DNA from: Antedon mediterranea
Taxonomy: Eukaryota > Animalia > Echinodermata
DNA: 64,000 nt
NCBI RefSeq assembly: GCF_964355755.1
Contig: NC_092670.1
Location: 30,864,388 to 30,928,387, forward strand
Direction: 5' to 3'
Of the stretch, positions 11,471 through 26,600 are shown piece after piece. The position numbers and the translations under genes are program-made. Within the stretch, counting starts at the first letter, position 1. The number at the start of each line of letters is the position of its first letter. The notes under the pieces were generated by a model. That model was not told the origin of the DNA, searched no databases, and was given only the letters and a program-made list of their open reading frames with translations.

Positions 11471-14400
11471 GGTTCGGATAAACCATCGATTAGTCAATTT
11501 GCTTACGTTGCGAATTTTTGCCTTATCACATGAATTGCTGCTTCTTCGCCATTGTGGCTTAAACATTATCTGTAAGTGCTGTACAAAATTGCACTCGTAT
11601 CCCATTGATTCTGAAATTACTATCGTTGATTCTGATACAGACTGGTTGTGCTTTTAACAAATTTTACACAATGTTAAATACAAAAACATCCAATTACCAT
11701 AAGCGAGTCTCTTATGTGTCAGACAAAAACATGTGCATAGACTCCATTTTATAATTCCCTTTAATAAAATGAGCTACTTCAAAAGCCGAATGTGGCGCCA
11801 AAACTTAATAAAATAAGGATTAGGCCTACATGAACACTTTTTTGATACAAAAGATATTAACTTAGCCTAACGTAAATGAATTTTTTCTAATTTTCTTGGT
11901 TATTTATTATAAAATTGAAAGCATTTTTAGTTGAATACTGTAGTTGGATTCGCTACGAACTTCATAACAAAATGATACGTGCGTGATGGCATGAGAACGG
12001 GTCAATGATCCACTTTCTCCCCTTCACCCTATATTTTATCTCGCAAAAATAGCATTCTGCCGTATGTCGCCCTCTATAATAATTATTATCAACTGTTATA
12101 GTTGAAAAACATTAAATTATTTCAAATATATGATCTACAATGACAATGTATTAATTTGAGGTAAGTTGGTCAAGTAAAATGAAAGTGGTGCATTGTTTAA
12201 CCCTATATATTTCACAGATTTGTGTCAAAAACACTGGATCTTCTTACTATATATTATCTTAACTTAATTTATGTGTTGGTTTGATCAGGGATTAACAGCT
12301 TCCTGGTTTGACTAGGGAGATATCTCCCTGGTTTGATTGGCCCTGTGAGTTGATCTTGATATGCTGGTGCTAGTGGCATTCTAAATATGTTCTTGCTCAG
12401 ATATATATCTTCCGAAATTATCATCTTTGTCTTTCATTAATGACGTCATTTAAAAAAATAGTACAGTATTTCCCCTCTGCTACATTGCATATCAGTATGT
12501 ATGCTGTTTTCAGCGAGACAAGATGCAACAGAATAGAACAGAATAGAATAATAACGAAACCACAAAAAAACGTTAATTCAGTTTGAATATTTTAATACGT
12601 AAAAGATAACGGTACGAAATACTTCAGGAATACTGTTTAATTCAAGCATTACTGAACATCTTCTAAATTTGAACATATTATCTATCGTATAATATAATAT
12701 TAATTTTGCCTCAGCTGACCATTACTCTGACCACCAACCCACGTAAACGAAACCTACGATAAATAAAATCAGACAGTACGAGTCAACTACCATAGACTAC
12801 ATTCTGTAGCCTCAGATCATTTTCAAAGACCGTCTCGAAGTAATCTTCGTCTACGACGATGGACGAAATACATTAAGACCAAATGTAATATTTCCCTCAT
12901 TCAAATAAATCCCCAGTCCTCCTTCACCCCACTCTCATACACATGGAGTATGTTTTACAATACATTCAAGTTTAACATTAGCACTATGCTACAAACGGTG
13001 TGTAGCATGCACCTATCATGTTACGATCATATTTCTTAACTTTATCTCTCAGCAAATATTTATTAATTATATACTTATATTCATATTTTCTTTTAAACAA
13101 ATAATTAATTTATATACAAAAACTCTGATAAATAAACCTTATAGACATCATGAGCACACGATTATCCAATATAAACTATCAATACATTTACAATAATTAC
13201 AATATTTACAATAATGTATGACACAAGATGATGTCACAATATAAAATGTCGTGTAAAATTTAGATACAATAAGATTAACAATAACATTAACTGATATTTT
13301 AAAAAGTATACCCCTGGATTTGCCGATACAATGTATTAAATGTAACCCTGTTTGCCGTTCAAAAAATCTTATTTAAATGCTTTATAGGCCTACTGTATAC
13401 AACCTAAATAGATTGTCAATACACGAGACACTAACTGGCTTACCCACATAAGTAATTGTTGTGTGTATCGAGCCTCTTGTCAGGCCATCATACGGTTAGA
13501 GGAGGTCAAGAAAGTAAGAATGTTGGTTGGGTACAGAAGATATGTCCCCTTAGTAGTGGATCTATTATAATTCCCCTTTTGGACCCATAATTGCTTACCA
13601 CATCTATCTATTTTTAGTCATGGTGATTCCACCCACTGACAAAATGACGGATTTATTAAATGCTTACGGGTCACGGCAACATTATGCATTTTATCGACAA
13701 CTTAAATTATATTATTAATGATTAATATGTTAATTACAATGTCATGCCTTGAATGTTAGATATAGGTCAATCACGTGAGTGTAAATAGTCGACACTCGCC
13801 AATAACGGGACACGTTTGATTTTATACGGTAACTAGTTATGACATTAGGATTAATTATTGTGATAAGCACCTTTTAAAAAACATAATCGCAAGCCCTACT
13901 GTATTTAAAATCACCAGTCTACTACTCAAATTAGTCAGTGACACATCAAAGAAACTGACAAATCACAGGAATTCAAACGGTATATACCGAATTGTGCTTG
14001 GCTTTGTACGCCGCCGGTATTGACGCTGTTTCCCTATATCATAAAAAGTCGAACGTGAACCGTTTTTAGCCTATGCCAATTATTGTTTATATTGGGTACA
14101 TTTTTTAGAAGAACTGTCGTTTAAGTTAAGAATACCCAACAACATGGGTTTATGATATACAAGCATCATCATGATATGACGGAAGTGTTCACAGTATAAC
14201 CATGGAGGAATATTTCCTCCATGGTATAACATACTGTAGTTAACTTATATATTGTATTCCTGGCGTCTAGATGTATATTGGATAAAACATTAAATGAATC
14301 ATATTTATCAATCTATTAATGCATTTCCTATGGGAATATAATCTGTAATAACGATTTTTGTCAATAAAGATTTATAAAACATATCAGTCTAAAAGTACAT

Positions 14401-14638
14401 TGACATATTATGTTAACGATTCTAACGTAAATGTGTTTGTGAAACCAAGTTAGACTCAAATCTTCCAGATGATAAAAACACGCGAATCTTCCATGTAAGA
14501 TACCGGTCCCCATCTAATACAAATGTTATTAGTAACTTGTCTGACTCAAATCATCCAGACGTTTTGAAGTTCTTGGTAATGTCAATCTTATGTATAAAAA
14601 AGAGAACGACTGGAATTCATCACGTGACATACGGTACA

Positions 14639-17600
14639 TCATACCATATCGTGCTTATCAATATTCATTTTAAAATGTTCTTTTTTCATTGAAAAGTTTT
14701 TAGGGAGATCATTTCTGTTCTGTTGCTTTGCTTCGTGCTGGAGTTTCCAGATATATGTATTGTTCAATTTACACTGTAAAAGATCAAGATTGTTGTCCGT
14801 AATTGTTATATTTTTCACATTATTTGCGTCCCAGAATTCTTGTCGCATAGATGTCGGTCGGTATTGTGGTAATTTATGTCCACTGTTGAATCTTTCGAAA
14901 TGTTTTTCTTCGTTTTTTAGCATCCTAGCTGCTAACAATATTAAAATGAATAAAATGCAGGCGCCTCCGATTGGAACAGCGATTACTGCGGCTCGGAACC
15001 AGACAGTTCGGTTTACGGAATGGTATGGCTGAGTATTTCTACTATCTGAAATATTAAAAAAATATAAAGAAATATTAATTTAGCTATAACACTGGACCAT
15101 CATTTCTGATTTGTTTATGGTATTCATTATCCTACGATTTTCTCAAAACCATGTTATTTAGACTCCATAACGATACGATGTTTTCAGAATTCTGGTTATT
15201 GTGGTAGAGTGCCTATAGATAATTGGTTTCTGAATAACCACTGTCATAAATTTTCCAGCTGGAATGGTTCGTTCTATAAATAAAGTTGAAATAAAATAAA
15301 CAGGTACACTGCCCTCTACCTTATCATTTATTAGATGCGCGCCCATTTCAATTTTGTGAGTCTGTGTGTATTAGACATTCAATTGTATTCAAATTGTATT
15401 TTATCACCATTATTATATGCATGCTTAGAAAACAAGTAGACTTGTTCGTATTGTATACGTTATCTTCGTGTAACTGTACACAAGCACCCGTAACGTAAAC
15501 ACAATGAATGGCTCATAATTGCAATAACTTTCTTTTCGACAACAAATGAATGACACAAAAGTTTAATATTTGCTACTTTCAATGTAGAACAGAAGCGTAA
15601 ATCAAGTGTACGACTTGGTGCCATCAACCTCAGTAAATAACGCAACAGAGCGTGGAGAGACCATAGGAGTATCGATATCAATATTTCCAGCTTATTACAA
15701 AAACCCAATGGTCCGTATGCTAGGCGACATTCATACTACTTACTAGACCAATACAAACACCAACTAATCGAATTCTACCGACATGTTTTTTTCGCGCATT
15801 ACTGGATATGAACACAATAGTTTCTATTACACCAGACGATGTAGACCACTGCAAATTTACTTTATCATTCCAAACAGTTAATAATATATATATGTATATA
15901 TATATTCGTTATTAATTGGTTTATTTGTAATAAATTCATTTCCTCGAATTAGCTAACTTGCTTTAATTAGAAAACGACGATTTAATTTTTGAAGACAATC
16001 AGCAGAGGCGTCGTGAATAATTTTGCCGCAATTAATCGCAGTCAACAATATTAGAAGTCGACCTCATTGCACGGTATTGTTTCAAATGAATAATGTTTAT
16101 GCAAAAAACATATCGTCAACAGGCTCAAATGGCGCCAAGACGGAGAGGCTGATGTTTGTATTGACAAAAGTGCACGAGTTGTTTTACCATCAACAGTGAA
16201 TGGTGTTCGTTGTAGAAGTGATTTTGAACGCAGTCGTCTTTATCGGAAAGTGCACTCCACGAGGGCCATCTCCCGTGGGATATAACGTATTTAATACATC
16301 ACATGGGTAGATTTGTGTATTACGTCAATGCTAATGCAATGCTACTCAGTATGGCACTGTGTATTTGGCTAAGCACAATAAAAAATCATGGAGTGTAAAG
16401 TTATGATGCACACATTGCTGTAGGCCTATACGGCATCGTATCGGTATAATAGACGGATCCAAATTGGGATGGGAGTTATATATTATATGTATTAGGACAC
16501 ACAGCCCCACGGATAAAATTCGGTAAAAGACAATTCAACGGATAGGTTAAAAGTTCAGTATTTCATGTTACAATATAATTGACAGAGAACTGTACTACCG
16601 TAAATTTTAAAAAGAGAAAAAAATATTGTTAACAATAACGGAGTCAGTTAATTAGCCTGTAGCGTCAGTCCTTGAACGTGTTGCTAATTGTTGTGTGCGA
16701 TTAATATGTATTGTTTGGTTTTTACTGGTACTGTAATCTAAACTTCCGGTGTGACAAAATGGCCGTCGGAGACAAGTAATCAAGCCCAATACAGTTACAG
16801 TAGCAGAAGTGTTATAAATATCGACAACATTTGTCCTCCACGAGAAAGACCATCTCAATATCAAATTCATGAAAACGGTGGTTTATGTGCATGGAAAACA
16901 AATGACACGAGGTTTGATGGAATCGCTGTGACTTTTTTTGGCCTATTGTTTCTATTGTATTTAGAGCTTGGCTTTTGAAGGTTTGTTGAGCTCTGTGTAG
17001 ACAACAACAAGACGTCGTGCCGTGACGTTATATCATTCTTGTTTGTTTGATTTGTATGCCATATTTATGTTATGTTTGATAATCACTTTAACATTCTTTC
17101 AAGCACTGATGTTTCAAACTACTTTTAATTTTAAATTTATACTGAAGAAATATTAATTAGTAAACCTAATGTGAATCCGAATAACGATCGAACATTGTAT
17201 TATTATATATTTATTTATTATCGTATTTTATTTAAAACTTTAAATAGTATACACATAGGCCAATGCGATATTACAGCCCTGCATATCCATACCATTATTT
17301 GTGACCGAAACCCAAGTCTGTATTATCTGTGAGCTCAGGTAGTATACGTATGAAACGCCATATGTGCCAAAATATTATCTTTAATATTAATTCTAACAGT
17401 CTATAACCTAGAATACACTGAAACCAACGTAGTTTCATTATGTATTATTTCAGGATTTGGCCGTTTAATCTTTGTTCCAAGAATTATTAGTGTGACTGCA
17501 CCTTTAAATATATTAGGCTAAACGCACCAGTACCGAACCATATCAAGAGTCCTCCATGGTGTGAGATACGGAGATTATATCAATACTGGTGCAATTGTAC

Positions 17601-20600
17601 ACTGAAAGATAAATATCTAAAGTCCTTTTCATACCATACAATGTTTCAGTTATAATACAGGTTTCAGGTTGCCTGTATTTATTCTTGATACACCTGTCTA
17701 TATAATTGTATCTAATTATCTCTATAACTTTACAACTGTAAAAATATAATAATTGTATCTACAGTAATTATCTTATATAACTTTACAATTGTATAAAGTA
17801 TAAATTGTCTTGACCATTAAAATAACAAAGTTGAATTGACAATACATGTTTTGTAGGTTGTATACACATTCAGTCGCGTTGAATCCGTTTTTACTCAGTG
17901 ATACAGCAAGGATGTTTTTAGTGGTATGGTGTACAACTGTGTACGATATGATACTGCAATTATCGCACTTTGTAATTACGTCGTCGCACTTTATACTTAC
18001 ATCAAAGTTCGCGCACTTTGACTTCGAGAATTTTCGTGATTTTGTGTTTAAGTACATTGCTTATTTCGAGGGTTTAGATTTGTTACATAGATAAATGGCC
18101 TATGTGGGTCTTTTATAAAGCCTATTATACACTGCAAGGAAAAGAGAAAATCCCTGTTAAGTTGTGCATTTTCTTGACAAACATATAGAGTGACAGCCTC
18201 AGTAACTACAATGAGACATTACAACACATTTCTCCATCCAAACAGTGGAAAACTCTGGGTTTGCAACTAGACTTAAAACATCACTATGCTATACTGTACA
18301 TTCCTATTTTGTATACTAAAGTACGGTAGCCAAGTTGTCAGTAGGCAACCGTTATATGTCAAAATACATAGAATACTCAGAGCAGGAAATCATGTTTAAT
18401 CAGTTGGCCTTCACGGGAGCCAGTACGATGCCTTCGGAAGCTAGTCTTGTAAATGCTAAGCCTGGTTAACTTATTAAATACTGACTGTATTCAGTATCGT
18501 AAACTACAAAAAAATGTTTAAATCACACACATTGCTTCAACATTTATGGTGTCATTTAATATTAATATATATTTTAATTTAACGGGAATACAATTATTAA
18601 AGAAAATGTTAAATACTTGCAGTGCGAAAAGGTCAGAGTAAGAAGTGATCCCTCCGTGATTATTTCCTTCATAACTCATGATATGGGTGTGTGTATGATT
18701 CGAGTCAACGGTTCTGTACTGTACAGCCATACCCAAATGACCTACAGTCCGATTACAATCTAACAATGACCCAGGTGAAACAAACTGAACCCCACCCCTC
18801 CCCGTAAGTTGTAACACCATAAAACAGGTCCATACTACAGCAACAATAATACTGTAGTAATATTAATAATACATAAATAATGACAATAATATGTTAAACA
18901 AAATCACACTGAGTACCGTAAATTAGAAAATATGCCTAGCGTACTTATTAACAAATCGACATGCAAAGAAAACAAATGTTGTCGGTGGGTGATCATAACG
19001 GGTGGTGGCAGGCCTAGCCTCTGACAGGCCTTTTATTACCTCCACTCTGCGTTTAGAAAGCATACAGCTGTTTTTCATATTTAACAATGTTAATATTATT
19101 TACACTTACAGACTATGTAACATTTTGTTCGTTTGTTTTTTGTAAACATATTGAGACGGTGGCTTTTGACGCATATTACTGTGTAGTGGCGATTACGTAT
19201 TAATTTTTAGAAAAAAAAATGTTATTTTAAATTAGTTAAGCCATGGACATAATGCTATAACAAATATTTGTTTATTGCCGTTCCCCTTTCCTAGGCATAT
19301 AGATAGGGTATAGGATAATAAGGATTAGTATAGTATTTCTCTACAAATCAGTTCATTTCAAATTTGTTTATAGTTTTACTTTCATTTTTTTACGCCAGAG
19401 GAATTAATGAAAGCCTATTTAGGACTATGCCATTTACTAAAAATATTTTCTGGTAACGCTTCATTCAAATTGTTTCGAAGAACGGAAGATGTGGCCGTCT
19501 TCCGTTCCGTTAAACGGGACATGCGTGAATGTATTGGCTTTAAGCAGTCAATTCTAACTTTTATTGACCTTGAACTTATAAATAAAATTATGAATTTTTG
19601 ATGAATTAAAATTATTTGATCTCACTTTCAGTCACTTGGAAAGACCATGCATGGAACTACACAGACTACAAATATTGCTGTAATTATCGTTAATGACCGT
19701 TTCAAGACTGTGCCGTATGTGGGACTTACTCATAATAATTACGATTCCAACAGTGCGGTAAGTTAGGCAATGTCAAAGGCTGGATGGAACCCCACTGGCT
19801 TACATTATGTCATTCAACGTACCATGTTGTTAAAATACATGTTTCCCATTAATAATACATCATACTCCGCGGTGTGTTCGTCAAATTACTCAGGAGATTT
19901 TGGACTTGTAAAGGGTCACCTCTGTCTGGTATGTCCCCAATTACGCAAAATACAAATCACTTTGAACTAATAGGCCAGTGCCGCTCTTAGCAGATGATAT
20001 TGACTTGACTGAAATAAACTTTTTCGATCACGAACAGGCAAGTAAAATTTATGGTAAATCTCCACATTATGACAATATTTGTCCAATAAGCAAATTCCGT
20101 GCACACGTCACATCGTGTTGTTTTTTAGGATCTCTAAATGCATGATGTCCCTCGCAACTGTATAAACCAGACCTCTGCGGTGTCTGTGGTTACGCAATTA
20201 CGTACACTGTAAAACGCAAGTAATTTGACCAATCACAATACGACGATTTGCGTGTACGTGTATACGTCAATGTGCTGTGTGAAACAAGGTTTATAGTGTG
20301 GGCCCTACTTACATTTCAATATGCAATACAGTGTAAATACTCCGAGTTTAGTAAGATATTTGGCAAAATACTTCGCCCAAGGACATATCTGAGAAAAACC
20401 AGGGATCGGCGTGAGAGGGGGTAATTGGTCAGGCGACAAGTGGACGATCTAAACAGATTCCTTATCTTTTAGTTACATAAGGACAGTGTTGTCAAAATAG
20501 TATCAATTTACATATCCACAATAAAAGTAGTTTATGTACCGGCTATTAGATTCAACATTTGTGAATTTCGAACAACCCAGTGAAAAGTGAGATTCACAGG

Positions 20601-23600
20601 AAAAACGAATCAATGTGTCTCCTGCAACAGAGGGATCAATATAATCGAATCTGAACATATATTTAATTAATAATAAATATTTCATTATATTAATCATTAT
20701 AATTAAGTGCTAATACTATCGTTATTAATACCGTAATCATTTGTGCTTTGCATACGGTACATCCCCCTCATTTCCACCTATTCGAACTCTGTATCCGCTT
20801 GTGTTGAATAACAAATATTCCTACAAAAGTGTCAGACAGACGCTCTGATTGTGTCCCAAAATACAATATTAACTTAATATTACATGTATATTTTAGCATT
20901 CGCTTACCTAATTCATTACGGTCTCTTTCCGGAATTGTGATTGGTCTATCCACACTTATATCATAATTACACATGTCACTGGTACAACATAACACCGTCA
21001 GTGTTTCTGTGTTATTAATATTTTCCCTGGTTTGACATAAATTTACTGCTAAATCCTCTACACAACCGTGTGTGTAGGAACGGCTGCCGTGGATAGAATC
21101 TTCGATATATTCCGTATAACAACCAGTATCTGATTTGCACATGTAACTGTATCCTACGCAACTCGGCGCGTTGCAATAACAATGTATTTCCCCTAAAATA
21201 CACAACAAAAAAAACAACAAACAAATATTAATAATTGTTCTGTATTAAAAAAAAAGAAGCATTTTACGATATGAAGTTATGACACCGCCGCCGTACAATT
21301 AAATAGCTGCGCTTGGTGTAAGTGCGTCTAGTAAGAAAACGGGAACCTTGTGATTATTATGCATTGTAAGGAATTTACTAATATGCACAATAACAGTATT
21401 TTGCAATGAAGAAGACCATATGAAATACACAGTATCTAGTTATTAAATATTATATTTCGAGTATCTTTTCACTGAAAATCAAGATATTAATCAATCATTA
21501 TAACACGATTTATTGAATTATCACATCGATACATGCACCAATAGTAACTTGTGATGGCATACCGAACTGCAAGATATAGGCCTAATAAGTAGGCCTAGGC
21601 CTACTTGCCGTACCATGGGCATCTGCATGTTTGCATCATAAGCCACATTAGGTATGTAGCGCTTTTTAGGCGATAATCAACGACAAAAATGGATTTCTTT
21701 CTCAATAAGATCGATACCTGCTTTCTTACTATGTGTTTAAATGTGTATAAGACTGTGCATGTAAAGCAGCGGCAAACGAAAACGCCACCTTAAAATTCCT
21801 AGTGCGGGAGACACAGGAAGTCAGAAAGTCATTCACCCTATTTTTCACAAACATACACAAGGTACAATACAATATGATGTCGTTAATTCTAAAATTCTAA
21901 ATATTGCAGATATTTATATTTTCCCACTAAAATTACGATGGGAAAAAGTAAAATCAAAGAACCGGAATTTTAAACGACCGCAGCAACCATGCATGGTGTA
22001 TCTTTGCATAAAACTACTAAAGAAACGTTAACAAAAGGTAAGCCGAGTCGCTTTATTACACCAACTTGACGTCTATAATTTTCTATTTTGTATTGTAGAA
22101 CAACAGAGACAGTTTTTCAACGGTATTGAAGCGTTTGACTATGACTACTGATTCTATTGTGTTGTAGTAGATTGTATGTCCTATGCCTGTCAAGCGAGCA
22201 ATCGTTTTCAAGCACAAAACACCGAAAATTGGTCATTAAGCCACCCGTCTGTGCCTAAATAAAGGAAATCTTTGTTATAGGTGATATTGGTAGGAGCCAG
22301 ATGCAGAGAAACCCAAATCCCGAAATACTAACTCGATGACAACGGTAACGAAATAATAATAAAACGAAGCGACCAATCGATTTATGCGATGCATGTGCAC
22401 TTCCAGCCAGTCTCCTAGCCGATTGTACTCCGTCACGTCGGCGACAGTGTAGAATCACTTACAACAGTGAAAGAGATGATTCAAATAATAAATTTAATTA
22501 GTCAAACCGTTAAAAAACAGTCCCCGCTTAATTGGGGCTTTTGTTCTTTAATGAAGTTTTGTTTTTACCAGCTACTTTCTTTGCGCTATCACGAGCAAGA
22601 CAACGTAGCGCCACATCAGTAAACGTTAAATTTAATTTGTCGGTAAAGTAATAATTGCTCTAGTTTTTTTCTGAAACCAATAGTAAGTGCAACTATTTAT
22701 TATAGGCAATCATTATTTCTACAGACTTATAATAACATTTTATTTTCTAAAGTACATGGCAAAACTACTATACTGGTAACACAATTTTACAACAGTTACA
22801 TATGGATATAGATAGAAAGAGATAAATAAGGGTAGTTTTAACAAAGTTAAGGGTGGATGGGAAAACAATATTACATTTCACGTATTGAGATGTACTATGG
22901 AAGAGAACTTAAATATGATTTAGGGTGGAAGACTTTAGAAGATGGGTACCGCTAAACTCCACCCAACAATCCATTGTTACACTTTCGATTTTTAACAGTA
23001 GGCCTATACGAGCGCACATAACAGCAGACCTTTTTCAAGATTTTTCAACATCTAGATCATTCAATTTCTGTCATCGCTTTCTGTCAAATTTACAATTAAA
23101 ATGCAGACACAAATGCTTTTTAATTCTTCATAAACCGCCAATACATTTATATTCGATTCGTTTTTCGAACATAAATATTGTTAAACTGTCTATATCATGG
23201 GAGTCATTAACGTACTTTTTCTATGAATTACAAAACACATAAAGTACACCGTGTAATTAACGTGCTACATTCAAATTCAAATCTTACTTTTAATTAGGTC
23301 ATTGCACGTTTTAATTCATATCGATGGTTTTTCATTCAGACACATTAAAAAGTAATTGTGTGTTTTTATTATTGTTTCAAGCGCCAGACAACGGCTGTGT
23401 TCCCATTGTTGGAGGATCGATCAGATCTGAGGACTTGGCGTCCAAGATCTTGTGATTTTCCCCCGTTGGAACCAGTGAACAAAAGAGATGATCATCATTG
23501 TCTATGGTGGTTAAATCAAAACTACGCCTTTTTAAAAAGTGAGCGGCATTTGCACGAGGTCAGTTACAGTGTATTGTTATCCTTCGAAAACGTGTTATTT

Positions 23601-26600
23601 TTCTCGAAAATGTAATAACGTAACTAAAGGACATACTATACCCATAGGATCATGTGGTGACGACTTGTGTCTTGATTCACGTCCAATTCATATATAACAG
23701 TGAGCCACAATCACATCGCTAAAACCAAAGGCTAGACTGGCCAAGGCTAAAGTATATTCAGTACATTTTGTCATGTGATTTTATAGTTATCACTTTTATT
23801 GGCATAAAAAAAAAACAATTTAAACATAAACATAATTTTGAAATTGATGCAATGCTTATAGTTCTATTTTAACAGAAGTAGAATTTCCCCATATAAGAAT
23901 TCTTTCTCGTTCGCCATTAAAAAAAAAATATTTATATAAACATATAATATTAGCATTAAATACTTTACATTATTGGGTATACAGTAAATACAAACTCTAT
24001 TAGAAAGTTGATATTGAATTGAAATCGCCTTACGAATATTTTAATAGAAGGATGAGTTAGAAAAATGTTGTTTTTTTAATTTTATTTAATAGTATTTATG
24101 TATTAAAAATAACAACACTGCAGATAGGGTTGTAGTTAATCGTAAATTAAACAAACATTTGGTATGTACTGTAGGCCTACATTGTCAATCAGTAAGAACC
24201 CGTGAGAGTAGTTTGTACAAGGGATTTACAGAATAAGCAATTACGTTAGTAGACCACATACTGCTGTACACACAAGTGTGTATAGACACATCAATGGTAT
24301 TAGTACCCTGACGATTGATATAATCTCAAGTTAATTTGTTTTAAGACGTCTTGATTCAACTAAAATCAGGGGTAAATCCAGGAAGGACACTTATCTTTAA
24401 AGCTAACGTAAATAAAATGCCAATTGAATCAATTTGAGATATCATTTGGAGACTAAGCAGAGATGGAATGTTAAATGTAAAAAGCCACAAGAACATAAAA
24501 ATGACCGTGAAGCAACGGATGCCATTTTATGGATTAAATCGGTTTTACCTACAGGCGGATAACTTCCGGAAGAAATGAAAACCGTATTGATTGTACAGTA
24601 CTTACGCCGTCGTACAATACCGGTACCTATGTACCGTATTAATAATGATATCTGTAAGGCCTATTAGTTCCGAATTGTTACTGTAAAAATTTAAACAATC
24701 TGTTGAGACCGTCCTGGTACGTCTTTTATACTGTGAATTGAAATGCTGTATTAATTAAGTTCTGTCATGGCGGCTTTTTTTGTACAGCTATACGTCATAG
24801 AAACATGACGAATAGACTAATAACGGAACATGACGCTGCTAAATTTCACGACGGTAAATATATTTTCTACGTCGTATGTTTCACGCAGTTGATTGATTGC
24901 ATAATAATAACCGATATTATTCGTGTGTATATCATCAACAGCTTACATTTAGATGCTGCCCTTGTTCACCTTGTCGACGCGAAATATAAATCGTAATAAA
25001 TATTGTAAAGATTTCGAAAGCCCTGTGCGATAACATATTTTCAGAACAGACTGTCGAGTCACGGATTCTACGAATATATTACATACATACTGAAATAGGC
25101 CTACATGTTAGATAGTAGGCAACATTTATCATGTAAAATGTAATACTTTAGTAGTACAATTATTTATTTAAAACGTGTTAAGGTCGAAACGAAATGTCAC
25201 AAATTGTTGTTTCACGATTTTATTATTTGTTTTCCATGAGGTTTACTAACTAAACGACGAATACATTTTTGCTTCTACGATTTTAACCTACTTGTTCAAT
25301 TATTATTATTATTTGTATTATGGTAATGGTATTACAGTACATTTTAAATTGTCAGCTACGGCCACGTGTTGGAAAGTACACTGTAGGCCTGTTGAAATGT
25401 TGACACTGTAGATGGAAACGCACAGTGAACCATAACAATCAAATAACTTACAGAAATCACACATGATAATGCTTTCTTTCCACAGTATCATGGAAATCAA
25501 CAGTAGCTCAAATGGTTCACCGACGACATATGATTTTATAACATGAAAATGTCACTTGTTATAAATATAGCCTAGGTAAACATGAACGGGAAGACGGTAT
25601 GCAATCCCTAAACACCGTACTCAAATGAACTGAATATCCATGGGGGATGGCTATATATTTTATATAAGAAAGTCGGTATGAAAATAATAACAGTTTTCCG
25701 GCCAAATAAATATTTTGCTAAGGGGTCATAAATTATTAGAGCAAAATGTGAACTTTAAGGAATGTTTCAGAACGTTCCCGAATAATGACATTTTGATGCA
25801 ATATGTTACCGTATTGTACATAACTTTTAACAATAACATATCGTTGAATAGCCTAATGCCTACCGTGCTGTATAAGGCCTATTTACGGTAGCCTTTCTTT
25901 TAAGGATTCAGTTGAAAAGAAATACACTTCCAATACAAATGTGATTCAGTAGGCCTAACTAATAACAATTTAAAATAAATAGATAATAAAAAAAGTATAT
26001 ACATTTAGGCCTATAAACATCATAAACAGTAACAGTAAAAGGTAATTTGATTGATCTTTATTATGTTTCAGTAAATGTTTAAAAGTTGCAAGAGTCATGA
26101 AATGTTTTGAGAGAATTCCATAATTATGAACAGTTATACTGTAGGCGTACTGCACTCTGAACGGGTGTTTGTATACACAAACAACATTGTCCACTTAGGA
26201 CCTTTTCTAATCGGATCTCATGTTATGATGAAATAATAGAATGAAGTATTTTATCACTCTAAACCATGCCTAATCATCGTGTTGGAATCAGAACCCATAT
26301 GAAGAAATGGACTATTAAAAAAGAGTATTTCAAAATTGCAAGAACTTTCTTAACATTTTATTATAATGTTGAATAAAACGTTGCATTAAGTAGGGCAGAA
26401 TGTCTGTTCTTGAAGCACGGAGTGGTTCGAGCATGGTTTTATGACAGGTAGAGATGGAAAATTCATGGGCATTTTCCTTCTCCTCGAGCCCGAACATTGC
26501 ATCTGTTGCCAATATATCACGTATCGGCATGGCTTATTGTTGGTGATTTATGTGTTTGAAACACAAACACGGCGTGTGAGCACCAAGAACTTCTTTTTAC

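Noticed and set aside
22255-22458. 67-aa ORF as BAMBI first exon
   Set aside because: Non-ATG start and no suitable phase-1 donor seen; 37410-37341 gives an ATG, signal peptide and correct phase.
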